A stretch of DNA of 64,000 bases. Source: Carcharhinus amblyrhynchos (Eukaryota). The position numbers and the translations under genes were made by a program. The notes beneath the pieces were generated by a model. The model saw nothing but the letters and a program-made list of their open reading frames with translations, was not told where the DNA came from and searched no databases. Shown one piece after another: positions 23,377-35,285 of this stretch; positions within the stretch are counted from its first letter, which is position 1; each line of letters opens with the position of its first letter. The DNA is taken from positions 43,586,001 to 43,650,000 of the forward strand of contig OZ336878.1 of assembly GCA_965287045.1 (NCBI GenBank). Reading direction: 5' to 3'.

Positions 23377-23590
23377 AGAACATAGAACATTACAGCGCAG
23401 TGCAGGCCTTTCGGCCCTCGATGTTGCGCCGACCTGTGAAACCAATCTGAAGCCCATCTAGCCTGCACTATTCCAACATCATCCGTTGTTTATCCAATGT
23501 CCATTTAAATGCCCTTAATGTTAGCGAATCCACTACTGTTGCGGGCAGGGCATTCCATGGTTTTACTACTCTCCGAGCAAAGAACTCAGT
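23377..23590 (-). mobile_element. CR1 LINE 3' tail
   Basis: (TAGAACA)n tail; reverse complement of the 3' end of 28864-30887. Confidence 0.85.
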
Positions 23591-23917
23591 ATAGTGGGTC
23601 AATGGACATGGAAAGGCCACTGTTTGACATGAGGACATGACGGGCCCCCATGATGGATTAATTCAGAGTTTTCTTGATACAAAGGTGGATCGCATATTCT
23701 CTTCCATCATCATGAGTCACAGGTCACACCAGACTAGTCGAGTCTTCACTGTGGGTCGGCTCCAGATGTTCGCTTTTATTCCTCTTTGGAATATTCTCTG
23801 GCTTTCAGCCAATGGGGTCACAGGGCTGGGGATCGTAGCAGTCAAGAAGGATAGGCCAGGTCACCTTAGGTGTCCATTTCTTAGATGCCCTGGGTGCACA
23901 TATCTCCTTTCAAGATA

Positions 23918-24243
23918 TCATAGAATCACAGATTACTACAGTGCAGAAGGAGGCCATTCAGCCCATCGAGTCTGTACCAACAACAATCCCACCCAGACCC
24001 TATCCACATAATCCAACATATTTAACCTGCTGATCCCCTGACACTAAGGGGCAATTTACCGTGATCAATCCACCTAAGTTGCACATCTTTGGACAATGGA
24101 AGGAAACTGGAGCATCCGAAGGAAACTGATGCAGACACGGGGGAGAATGCGCAAACTCCACACGGTCACCCAAGTCTGGAATTGAACCTGGGTCCCTGGC
24201 GCTGTGAGGCAGCAGTGCTAACCACTGTGCCACCATGCCGCCC
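23918..24243 (-). mobile_element. V-SINE (HE1-like), CR1-type tail
   Basis: Reverse tRNA head 'ggcggcatggtggcacagtggttagcactgctgcctcacagc', V-domain and tail. Confidence 0.85.
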
Positions 24244-24493
24244 AGGAATATCAGTCCAGGAAATCTAGCTGAAACTGGGGAAATACTCAAACACAATGGG
24301 TGGCATTCTGCAAAAATTGTCATGATGGTGAGATTAATGGAGTGATCCACAGCAGTCTCTAAGGTGCATGCCCACCACAACGATCCTACACAGTTACATT
24401 TTGGACAGGTGAGATTTCTGTGTTGATACTGAGGGGGGCAGGGACTAAATACGTTGGTGAGCCCAACTTCAGAGTGCTTGGGTGCCATTTCAC

Positions 24494-24794
24494 AAAGTTT
24501 ACTTATTAGTCATAAGTAGGCTTACATTAACACTACAATGAAGTTACTGTGAAACTCCCCTAGTCGCCACATTCTGGCATCTGTTTGGGAACACAGAGAG
24601 AATTCAGCATGGCCAATGCACCTAACCAGCATGTCTTTTGGACTGTGGGAGGAAACAGAGCGCCTGGAGGAAATCCATGCAGACGTAAGGAGAATGTGCA
24701 GACTCTTAAGAGATACTCACCCAAGTCAGGAAACGAACCGGGGCCCCTGACACTGTGAGGCAGCAGTGCTCACCATTGTACCACCATGCTGTCC
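24494..24794 (-). mobile_element. V-SINE, tail type B
   Basis: Reverse head, V-domain and 'gtaagcctacttatgactaataagtaaactttg' tail. Confidence 0.8.
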
Positions 24795-25004
24795 TGAACT
24801 TACAGTGAACTGCAACACTACCTCCATCACCCTGCAGACATTCGGACCCCACTACCTCATTGGAGGCATGCTCATGAGCATCGGGGCTCTCCCAATGAGT
24901 CACAGTCCCGCTCAGACTCCACTGTCCTGGCACTGCCCTGTCACACTGGCAGTAAAAAATCTGACAACACCAGGTTTTAGTCCAACCTATTTATTTGATA
25001 ATAT

Positions 25005-25045
25005 ACTCACAAGCTTTCGAGGGACACCCTCTTCGTCAGGTGAAT
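25005..25045 (-). ncRNA. Minimal type I hammerhead ribozyme motif (mirror copy)
   Basis: Reverse complement of 25694-25734. Confidence 0.7.
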
Positions 25046-25693
25046 GGAGAGTTCTGGCCTCAGACAGAGCATATAAAGCACAGACAGTTTAGAGATTACT
25101 GATTAGAATGCAAATCTTTACACCTAACCTGCTGTTCAAGACCTGAAGTGGCTGATAATGTGAGTGGAAGGAGCACTGATCACAGTTTAAAGAGATGTGT
25201 ATTGTCTCCAGACAGTACAGTAAGTGAGGTTTTGCAAACCCAGGCAAGTCACGGGGGTTACAGATAGTGCGACATGAACCCAAGATCCCTGTTGAGACCG
25301 TCCTCATGTGTGCGGAACTTGGCTATCAGTCTCTGTTCAGCGACTCTGCGCTGTCGTGTGTCATGAAGGCCGCCTTGGAGAATGCTTACCCGAAGGTCAG
25401 AGGCTGAATGCCCGTGACCTTATGAAATCACATGAGGACGGTCTCAACAGGGATCTTGGGTTCATGTCGCACTATCTGTAACCCCCGTGACTTGCCTGGG
25501 TTTGCAAAACCTCACTTACTGTACTGTCTGGAGACAATACACATCTCTTTAAACTGTGATCAGTGCTCCTTCCACTCACATTATCAGCCACTTCAGGTCT
25601 TGAACAGCAGGTTAGGTGTAAAGATTTGCATTCTAATCAGTAATCTCTAAACTGTCTGTGCTTTATATGCTCTGTCTGAGGCCAGAACTCTCC

Positions 25694-25734
25694 ATTCACC
25701 TGACGAAGAGGGTGTCCCTCGAAAGCTTGTGAGT
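25694..25734 (+). ncRNA. Minimal type I hammerhead ribozyme motif
   Basis: AUUCAC-CUGACGA-A-GAGGG(UGU)CCCUC-GAAA-GC-UU-GUGAGU: core boxes, 5-bp stem II, 6-bp stem I, palindromic AAGCUU in place of stem III. Confidence 0.72.
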
Positions 25735-26662
25735 ATATTATCAAATAAATAGGTTGGACTAAAACCTGGTGTTGTCAGATTTTTTACTGTGTTTACGCCA
25801 GTCCAACGCCGGCATACCCACACACTGGCAGTGGCCAACTGATGCTGCCTGGCCACCCAACTGGCATTGCCTGGGTGTCGGATGGCCACTGCTGGGGTTC
25901 CAAGTGGGCCCTACCAGGTGGGCATTGCCCGATGGGCACGACCCAGCCATGGCTCCAACTACAGTATGTGCGTGAGTCTGTGTGTGCATATGCATGTGTA
26001 TGTGTGTATCTTTTGGGGGTGGGGGCGTGGTAGGAGGTGAGAGAGGAACATATCAAGCTCCAAGAAGCCATCCAGCAGAGCATAAATATTGATGGAGGTG
26101 AACATTCCAACCCTGCACTTACATCAAACCTGGCATGGTGATGCTGAGTTGGCAATCCAATGTCATCACGCTGGTCTCCAATAGTACAGAAGATAGGTAG
26201 GTGTCAAAACTGGCAGCCTGCCCATCATCATAAACTAATTAAGCTTATTAGCAACCCAATAGACTGTTACTTGGCATTGTCTATTCCATTTTTCAGGTTG
26301 AAAGACTGCAAGTGGGACTAAGGCCACTTCTAGCAGTAGACTGTGCTGGTGAAGATGGGAGAGTTTCTCAGTTCTTTTAAATTAATTTAATAATTGATAT
26401 TCAGCCTGAAGTAGGAGATATTGTCAGGGAAGAAAGCCGACTTCTTCAGGCTAAGCTGAAGTTTTTAGATTCCAGTATTGGACCCAGAGATTACTGTCCA
26501 CCCTGGGCATTGTCCACTCTGGAGGAGACTGCTCTTCCAGTGAGGAGGAGAAGGGGGAGGGCAGCTGGCCAATGACAGGTGTGCCCTGTAGTCCAGCAAG
26601 GTGAGGAACCTGCTGCTATGCAAATGGGTGGTGAGAAGACACATCAACAGCAGGCAGAGAGA

Positions 26663-26975
26663 GGCACAGTGACACAGTGGTTAGCACTGCTGCCTCACAG
26701 TGCCAGGGAACTGGTTCAATGCCGGCCTTGGGTAACTGTCCATGTGATGTTCTCCCTGTGTCTGCATAGGTTTCCTCCATTTGCTCCGGTTTCCACCCAC
26801 TGTTCAAAAATGTGGAGGCTAGGTTGATTGGCTGTGCTAAATTACCCCTTAGTGTCAGGGGGGGTTAGCAGGGTAAATACATGGAATTACAGGGCTAGGG
26901 TCTGGGTGGGATTGTTGTTGGTGCAGGATTGATGAATGGCCTCCTTCTGCACTGCAGGGAATCTATAGTTCCATG
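26663..26975 (+). mobile_element. V-SINE (HE1-like), CR1-type tail
   Basis: tRNA head, V-domain, 'ggcctccttctgcactg' tail. Confidence 0.8.
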
Positions 26976-26997
26976 ATGACTGTATCCTGCCAACACA

Positions 26998-27760
26998 GTG
27001 TACAGGGTGAAGATGACCTACCTCCAGATGTCAGAGTGTCAGTGTCTTAAAAGGCCACATTTCCTCAGGGAGACTGTCAATCACAGAGTAATGTGCTGGC
27101 TGACTAGATTGACTCAAATTGTGTTGGTGGCTACCCTAGGCCTACTAAATTGAAAGTTACATTGGCCTTGAACTTTTTCACCTTTGAGTCCTTCCAAGAG
27201 ACCGTGGATTATGCAGCAGTGGCCATCATTACATCAAGGTTTTCACTAGTGCAATATTCAAGCACGTGAATTAATATTATTCAGTGCAGACAACACCAGT
27301 CAACCAGATGGAGTTTTTGCTACTATTTTACACCTGTGACAATCAAAGCAACTTTGGGGCAGCCAGGGGCTTTTGCAATCAGAGAAGCTTTCCATTAGAT
27401 AAATGTGCAATTTTGCCTGTGACCATGTGTCTGGTATCCTGGGAGCTGTCATGATTCGTAAGTACTTAGGCATTCCCAGAGATGTGTGCACTGGAACCTT
27501 TGGAAAGCTGGCTTCTGGGAGACAAAGGATATCATGCAAGAGATAGTTTGTGACCTCAGTCAGAAATCCATGAACAGAGTCTGAGAGATCTTACAGTGAG
27601 AGACACACTTCCACCAGGGCCACCACTGAACTAATCATTAGTCTGCTCAAATTGACATTCAGACATCCAGACTGCAATATTCATGTCTTTATGTCCCATT
27701 GATGGTCATGGCCAACTACATGGCAGAGGACGATATAATAGAGTGAACTGCATCTTTTGA
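26998..27760 (+). mobile_element. PIF/Harbinger transposase remnant (HARBI1-like)
   Basis: VYRVKMTYLQMSECQCLKR..KLKVTLALNFFTFESFQ..YPGSCHDS..GDKGY..VTSVRNP with stops and frameshifts. Confidence 0.75.
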
Positions 27761-28474
27761 CAAGGACAAGTATGAGGAGGAGTCAGATCATGAAGAGGGT
27801 AAACCACGCCAGACAGCTGCAGAAGCTGGTGTGCAGGAGGCATCAGATGGCCGAGAGCTGTGGGTCTCTATTAATGTGAAGATTTGCCCATTAATGTGCA
27901 GACCATTTTACCAGACCATCTTTGTCATATGGCCAATAGTTTGACTCCATTGCTTTGCTGTTAGCTCAAGCATCTCTTCCTCCAGTGAAGGAAAAATGGT
28001 TAGGTTTCAGCTCCAGGTCCCATCCTGTCCGTGTATTACCTCCCATTATTATGTGTCCTTTCCTCTGCAAAGACAAAAAAACATTGCAATTAATTATCTA
28101 TGGAAAAATCATGCTTTTAGTTGTATATCCAACATGTTCATTGGCAGACAATACTTATCAATAATCCTTGCTAACTGATGTATTTTGTACTTCAGAAATC
28201 TCCCTGTCCCTCAGAATAAAATTGGCATATCTGCTTTATGATGTCTGATGCACTTGGATATGACACACACCACACCCTCAGCCTTTCCATAAAAGTCCTT
28301 CTGTGAAAGTCACCCAGAACACTGTGAGAAGCCACTCATCCTTTTACCAACCATATCCTTCAACAACTCCATGGCTGCTGGCTTTGTCTGTGACATCCAT
28401 CCAGGTGCCACACTCTTTCCTAATTACCCTATCTACTTGCTTTGTCATCTTAAAACATTTATGAACATCATCAA

Positions 28475-28785
28475 ATCATAGAATTCCGACAGTGCAGAAG
28501 AGGCCATTTGGCCCATTGAGTCTGCACTGACTCTCTGACAGAGTACCTTACCTTATCCCTCTCCCCTTTACCCCACACATCTTCATGGCTAATCCATCTA
28601 ACCTACACATCTTGGGAACACTAAGGGACATTGCACCTAAACTGCACACCTTTTGACTGTGGGAGGAAAGCGGAGCACGCATGCACGCAGACATAGGGTG
28701 AATGTGCAAGTCACCCAAGGCTGGAATCAAACCTGGGTCCCTGGAGCTGTGAAGAAGCAGTGCTAACCACTGTGCCACAATGTCA
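28475..28785 (-). mobile_element. V-SINE (HE1-like), CR1-type tail
   Basis: Reverse head, V-domain and tail. Confidence 0.75.
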
Positions 28786-28863
28786 CCTGTGCTAACCAAT
28801 GTGCTACCAGGTCCCGCTAACCTTGCACCTCCTTAGAATCATACCAATTGGATTATTCTGCCT

Positions 28864-30887
28864 TTCAGGCAGGGAGGAAGTGGTCGCGCGAGGGAACCGT
28901 GGTGTACTAAGGAAGTTGAATCTCTGGTGAAGAGGAAGAAGGAGGTTTATGTAAAGATGAGACATGAAGGCTCAGTTAGGGCACTGGAGAGTTATAAATT
29001 AGCCAGGAAGGAGCTAAAGAGAGAGTTAAGAAGAGCTAGAAGAGGACATGAGAAGACTTTGGTGGATAGGATCAAGGAAAATCCTAAAGCTTTCTACAGG
29101 TATGTCAAGAATAAAAGATTGGTTAGGGCAAGATTAGGGCCAGTCAGAGACAGCAGTGGGAAGTTGTGCGTGGAGCCTGAAGAGATAGGAGAGGCACTGA
29201 ATGAGTATTTTTTGTCAGTATTTACGCAGGAAAAAGTCAGTGTAGTCGAGGAGAATACTGCAATACCAGGTAGTAGACTAGACGGGATTGAGGTACATAA
29301 GGAGGAGGTGTTGGCAATTTTTAAGAGTGTGAAAATAGATAAGTCACCTGGGCCGGATGGGATTTACCCTAGGATTCTCTGGGAGGCTAGGGAGGAGATT
29401 GCAGAGCCTTTGGCTTTGATCTTCATGTCATCGTTGGTTTCAGGTATAGTGCTGGAAGACTGGAGGATAGCAAATGTTGTCCCCTTGTTCAAGAAGGGGA
29501 GTAGAGATCATCCTGGGAATTATAGACCAGTGAGCCTTACTTCTGTTGTGGGCAAAGTTTTGGAAAGAATTATAAGGGATAGGATTTATAATCATCTAGA
29601 GGGAAATAAGTTGATTAGGGTTAGTCAACATGGTTTTGTGAAGGGTAGGTCATGCCTCACAAACCTTATCAAGTTTTTTGAAAAGGTGACCAAAGAGGTG
29701 GATAAGGCAGTTGATGTGGTGTATATGAATTTTAGCGAAGCGTTTGATAAGGTTCCCCATGGTTGGCTATTGCAGAAAATGCAGATGCATGGGATTGAGG
29801 GTGATTTAGCAGTTTGGATCAGGAATTGGCTAGCTGATAGAAGACAGAGGGTGGTGGTTGATGGGAAATATTCAACCTGGAGTTCAGTTACAAGTGGTGT
29901 ACCTCAAGGATCTGTTTTGGGGCCACTGCTGTTTGTCATTTTTATAAATGGCCTAGATGAGGGTGTAGAAGGATAGATTAGTAAATTTGCTGACGACACC
30001 AAAGTTGGAGGAGTTGTAGACAATGAGGATGGATGTTACAGTTTGCAGAGGGACATAGATAAGCTGCAGAGTTGGGCCAAGAGGTGGCAGATGGAGTTTA
30101 ATACGGAAAAGTGTGAGGTGATTCACTTTCGTAAGAATAACAGGAGTACAGAATATAGGGCTAATGGAAGGACTCTTAGTAGTGTTGACGAGCAGAGAGA
30201 TCTCGGGGTCCATGTGCATAGCTCCCTGAAAGTTGACACCCAGATTGATAAGGTTGTTAAGAAGGCGTATGGTGTGTTAGCTGTTATTGGTAGAGGGATT
30301 GAATTTCGGAGCTGTGAGGTCATGTTACAACTGTACAAAACTCTGGTGCGGTCGCACTTGGAGTATTGCGTACAGTTCTGGTCGCTGCATTATAAGAAAG
30401 ATGTGGAGGCATTGGAAAGGGTGCAGACGAGGTTTACCAGGATGTTGCCTGGTATGGTGGGAAGGTCTTGTGAGGAACGGCTGAGGGACTTGAGGTTATT
30501 TTCATTGGAGAGAAGAAGGTTACGAGGTGACCTGATTGAGGCATACAAGATGATCAAAGGATTGGATAGGGTGGACAGTGAGAGCCTTTTACCTCGGATG
30601 GTGATGGCTAACACAAGGGGACATAGCTTTAAATTAAGGGGTGGTAATTATAGGATGGATGTCAGAGATAGGTTCTTTACTCAGAGAGTAGTAAGGTTAT
30701 GGAATGCCCTGCCTGCAGCAGTTGTGGACTCGCCAACTTTAAGGGCGTTCAAATGGTCAGTGGATAGGCATATGGATAACATTGGAATAGTTTAGGTTAG
30801 AGGGGCATTAGATTGGTTCCACTGGTCGGCGCAACATCGAGGGCCGAAGGGCCTGTACTGCACTGTTATGTTCTATGTTCTGTGTTC
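28864..30887 (+). mobile_element. CR1 LINE (HER1-like), 5'-truncated, RT region
   Basis: ORFs 28927-29976 and 30043-30795 separated by an in-frame TAG: [34 protein letters not shown]; (TTCTATG)n tail. Confidence 0.97.
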
Positions 30888-32140
30888 ATAAATGAACAGG
30901 CAATTTGATGCTCTATTAGGAGAAACATCAGTTTCTCTGGAAAGAGGAGCAGTGTGAGTCCAGTAGGCTCCTTTATCTGTACCTTTGTGATGACAAGGTT
31001 TCAGAAGTAGTTACTCTTTTTATGCCAGTAAATATGTAAAAGCAACAGGTGGTGTTTCATGCAGGACGTGGGGGTCTTGTCTTTTGGTTGGAGGGTTGGC
31101 AAGAGCCCCACATTCCATCCTGTCCACCGATGTTAAATGTCTCTCAGGCAATTATGTGGCCAGATGTGGACTTTGCCTGGGATCGGAGATACCAGGATTA
31201 GAAATCCCACCACCTGAGAACTGCTGACCAGAGGCTGGCAGATGTTCATTGCAGGCAGTGCCAGCCAAAGGCAGGTAACAGCAATGCATCTCAGGAGAGA
31301 CCTAGGATTGCCGAGCAACCCAGGCCATACATAGGTGAATGAGCGTGGGGGTCATAGGTTGGGTGGAATGGGGTGACTCAGCAAGGTACCCCACCCTTCC
31401 ACAATGCTATGCCCTTGATCAGGCTCTGAATGTTTTCAAAGGAGGAACTTCCTCAGGAGACCAACTTTGCTGTATTTCTCATGAGGACTACCCCGTTTAG
31501 GTGCAGGATGAGAAGGCCTCCAGGCCCAGCCTTAATCAGGGCTGAGGCTGGAAGATTGTGGAAACCCCACCTGCCACACTCTCAGTCTGCCCCATGTTTT
31601 TGAGTTGATATTAAGAGAAAGTTGATATTTTTCTTCCCGTTATCCTCTATATCCCTCCATGAAGGCTCAAAATACATAACTATCAGCACTACCAGTCCTC
31701 AGTACCTCCCAGATGTGATTATTCTCCACATGTGAGGCTGAGACAGCGAGCATTGGCAGCCACAGAGTGCATATTTACTGAGCCTTTAATGTCCATATAG
31801 TTTCCAGGAAGGACATTAGATCATGACTAGGATGGGAACCTGATCACTTTTTTTCCCTTGAAGCCTAGGGGCCCTGTATCTAATTACTGTTTCACAGTCC
31901 AGTGTCCCAGTTGCGATCTACTAACTTGGAATGGAAGGAAGAAAGAATTAAACCTGGAGTAATATTCATTTCCTGCACTGCATAAACTTAATGCTTACAT
32001 TTTTTATTAACATTAAGAAATATAGTTTTGCTATGCAGTTAAGTTTTGCTCTAACTTTGAATCCAGGAGTTTTATTTTATTTTCAAACTTCAACATATTT
32101 GAAACAAATAATCAGTGATTACAGTTTTGTATACTTACAG

Positions 32141-32256
32141 GAAAACCAGCACATTGAATGCCCTTCAGGCTGGACTCAACACAAGAAACATTGTTATATC
32201 ATGGATCCTGAGAGAAATGCAACCTGGGAAGGAGCTGAAATAGCCTGTAGACAAAT
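32141..32256 (+). CDS. FREM1: FREM1-family exon (C-type lectin start)
   Basis: ttacag|GAA..CAAAT|gtgagt; ENQHIECPSGWTQHKKHCYIMDPERNATWEGAEIACRQ; phase 0/2. Confidence 0.93.
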
Positions 32257-33234
32257 GTGAGTAACTTCTGTCAATTGCCAAATAAGGTTTCACTCCGTGA
32301 AGTTCATTTCAAAATCTCCAAGGCATCTACTTAAGGATATCAAGTTTAAGTGTAGGCATCAATGATAAGAAAGCCGAAGACTGTTCTATCAAGAACAATG
32401 GGCACCACTTTCTAACATATTTCTAGCAGTAACTGCTTAGCTATGACAGTTCCAGTACCTATAAGCAATTGGTGAAAGCACGTTGCTGTGGCTGCACTAA
32501 GTGGTTTTAGTCAGTAATTTATATTGTTTGATTACATTAAATATCCACATCGTTAAAAAGTTCCTGATAATGTTTCAGACCTGTAATTACTGAAGGATAT
32601 ACCACAAAGACTTCTTTTCTTTTCAAAGTAAAATTAATCTCGCTCCTGATCTCAAGTCAGCTAACCTAACAGAGGTCTAAGGATTGCAGCTGAATAATAC
32701 AAGACTGTTTTACTTTCTAAAGTCTGACTGTAGGTATTGTATTGTTTTGGACATTTCAGAAAATAGCGTGAGCACAGTTAATTTCTTATGTTTATAAAGC
32801 AACTAACAATCCAAAGATAATTATAATATTTTAATAAGAGCCCGCATCTATTCTTTTTTCATCTTTTGTATCCTTTTTAGTTTAGTTAAAGAGGCACAAT
32901 ACATAATCTCAGGACACCACCAATATATGAAACAGAAGATTAGATAAATCATGGTGTCGTAATAGAGAGAAGACAAGTTTGGATTGTGAAAACTGTTAGA
33001 TTGCAGAAGGATGAGGGACTGCATGATCTTAGATTTTCCACAACTTTCGATACCCTTAAAAAGAATGAATTAAGATGGGAGATGATTTGATAGGTCTGGA
33101 TTTCACCATAGTGTGACACAAGGAGGAGGAGGAGGAGGTCACAATAGTTGTGAAAAAAATAGTTTATCTAAAGACAACAAGATGGTTAAAGTAAAAGCAG
33201 GCAACATGCAGTACCAGGTGGACAATGACCTTTT

Positions 33235-33602
33235 AACTTTTTTATTCATTCGGGGGCATGGGCATCACTGGCAGGCCAGCATTTATTGCTCATCCCAAGT
33301 TGCCCTTCAACTGAGTGGCTTGCTTGACCATTTCAGAGGGCAGTTGAGTGTCAACCACATTGCTGTGGCTCTGGAGTCCCACGTAGGCCAGACCAAGTAA
33401 GGACAGCAGATTTCTTTCCCTAAAGGATATTGGTGAACCAGATGGGTTTTTCCAACAATCAGCAATGGTTTCATGGCCATCAGTAGATTTTTAATACCAG
33501 ATATTTTTATTGAATTCAAATTCCACCATCCGCATTGGAGGGATTCGAACAGGCTGAGTTCCGAATTAACAGATTAGCGCTAATGCCACTAGGCCATTGC
33601 CT
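33235..33602 (-). mobile_element. tRNA-headed SINE (second family)
   Basis: Reverse head 'ggcaatggcctagtggcattagcgctaatc..gttcgaatccc'; related copy at ~48965-49340. Confidence 0.6.
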
Positions 33603-33674
33603 GCTTAAGGAGAATTTAGTGTGGAATGGAGCTTGCTTTTTCTTTTTGCTTTAATGGGCACAGTCCTCAGATTC

Positions 33675-34050
33675 AGCCCATGGTTCAGTGGTAGCACTCT
33701 CCTCAGAGTCAGGCATTAGGGGTTCAGGTTCCACTCCAGAGACTTGAGCACAAAATAGGCAGACACTCCAGTACAGTGCTGAGGGAGTGCTGCATGGTCA
33801 GAGGTGCTGCTTTCCGATAAAGATATAAAATCATGTCCCAGTTTGCCTTCCTGGGTCAATGTAAATGATCCCATGTCACTAGTCAAAGCATATATATCCT
33901 TTCACTATCATCACTGAAACAAACTATCTTTGTCATGATCACATTGTTGCTTGTGGCAATTGCTGTGCATATATTTGTTATGCAATTCCTACATTGCAAT
34001 AGTGTAGTAATTAGAAGTAGTTAATTAGCTGCAACTCCCCTATATAAATG
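33675..34050 (+). mobile_element. DeuSINE (SacSINE1-like)
   Basis: Head 'ggttcagtggtagcactctcctcagagtcag' plus Deu-domain-like 'actccagtacagtgctgagggagtgctgcatggtcagaggtgctg'. Confidence 0.65.
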
Positions 34051-34310
34051 AAAATCATCCAAATATTTATTTTTGTACTGATACAGAATGCGGCATAAGT
34101 CAGTGGTCAAAATAGGAATGCACTTACACTGTGGTTTCCAGTCTATTGCTGATAAAATATTTTGATATTATTTCTAATATGTTTCTTACTAGAATCTAAC
34201 TTAATTGTCTATTTTACTGGTATTGTTGCAAAGTGAATTGTAAAAAATTAACTGTTATTTTCTAAAGAAAACAAATCTTTTCAAGGATTCCTAATATTTT
34301 CTGCCTATAG

Positions 34311-34396
34311 GTCACATGCCAGTTTAGTCAGTGTACATTCCAAGAAGGAAATGAAATGGCTTTGGAACTTTGCTAAGCGACAGCCATTCTGGATCG
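34311..34396 (+). CDS. FREM1: FREM1-family exon (C-type lectin)
   Basis: ctatag|G TCA..ATCG|gtatgt; SHASLVSVHSKKEMKWLWNFAKRQPFWI; phase 2/1. Confidence 0.93.
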
Positions 34397-34569
34397 GTAT
34401 GTATATGTGGAGAAATTAAATTGTGATGCCTGAACTCACAATACATTCTTCCTAATGATAGAAAAGCAGTAAATTGAAAAGGAAAGCATTTGGTATGCGT
34501 CTTTGGATAGATTTTCATCCTTGACTTAAATAATATTAAAGTAGTATGATGTTGAATTTCGAACATCGG

Positions 34570-35285
34570 CGGAATAGACCACTCAGCTCCTTGAGCCTAC
34601 TCTGCCATTCAACTAGTTCATAGCTGATCATCCAACTCAATGTCATTTTCCTGTGTTATCCCTGCATCCCTTGATGTCACTCACCTAGAAATTGACTTCT
34701 GTCCAGAATGTACTGAATGCACTTCCACAACCCTCTGGGGTAGAGAATTCTAGTCCGAAATGGCTTGCTTCTTATTCTGAAACTGTAGGTGCTGGTCATA
34801 GCCTCCCATTTCTTGCCCTCTCCCCCATCACTTCACAGGCACTGCCTAGCCCCTTCAGAATTTTGTAAGTTGCAGTGAAATCATCACTCATTATCCACAC
34901 TCCAGAAAATACAGGCTCAGTCTCCTCAACCTTTCCTCATAGGACAATCCCACCGTCCCAGGATTCAGTCTGGTGGACCTCCTCCTATAACCAGTATATC
35001 TTTAGGTAAGGAAAGCAAAACTGTACACAGTCCTCCAGGTATGTTCTAACCAAGGTTCTGTACAATTGAAGTAAGACATCTTTATTCCTGTACTCAAATC
35101 TCCATGCAATAAACGCCAATCTGCCTTCCCTATTGCTTGTCACACCTACATGTTCATTAGTCACAAAGCTAGCAAGGACACCCAGGTCCCTTTGGACACT
35201 GCCAATCTCTCCCCATTTAAGAAATATTCTGCACTTCCACTCCTCATACATGATCTCACATGTTTTCACATTATATTCCATTTGA
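34570..35285 (-). mobile_element. Old CR1 LINE 3' fragment
   Basis: ORF 34985-35341(-) VQRDLGVL..LLQLYRTLVRTYLEDCVQF. Confidence 0.85.

Larger units (their letters stand above)
24950..25822. mobile_element. Penelope-like element remnant with inverted pseudo-LTRs (family 1)
   Basis: 361-bp inverted repeat 24950-25310/25429-25789; minus-strand GIY-YIG C-terminus GHSASDLRVSILQGGLHDTRQRRVAEQRLIAKFRTHEDGLNRDLGFMSHYL*; direct repeat CACACTGGCAGT at 24942-24953/25821-25832. Confidence 0.88.

Noticed and set aside
25089-25650. Two identical 72-aa ORFs as a duplicated gene
   Set aside because: Artefact of the inverted repeat; off-frame from the GIY-YIG remnant
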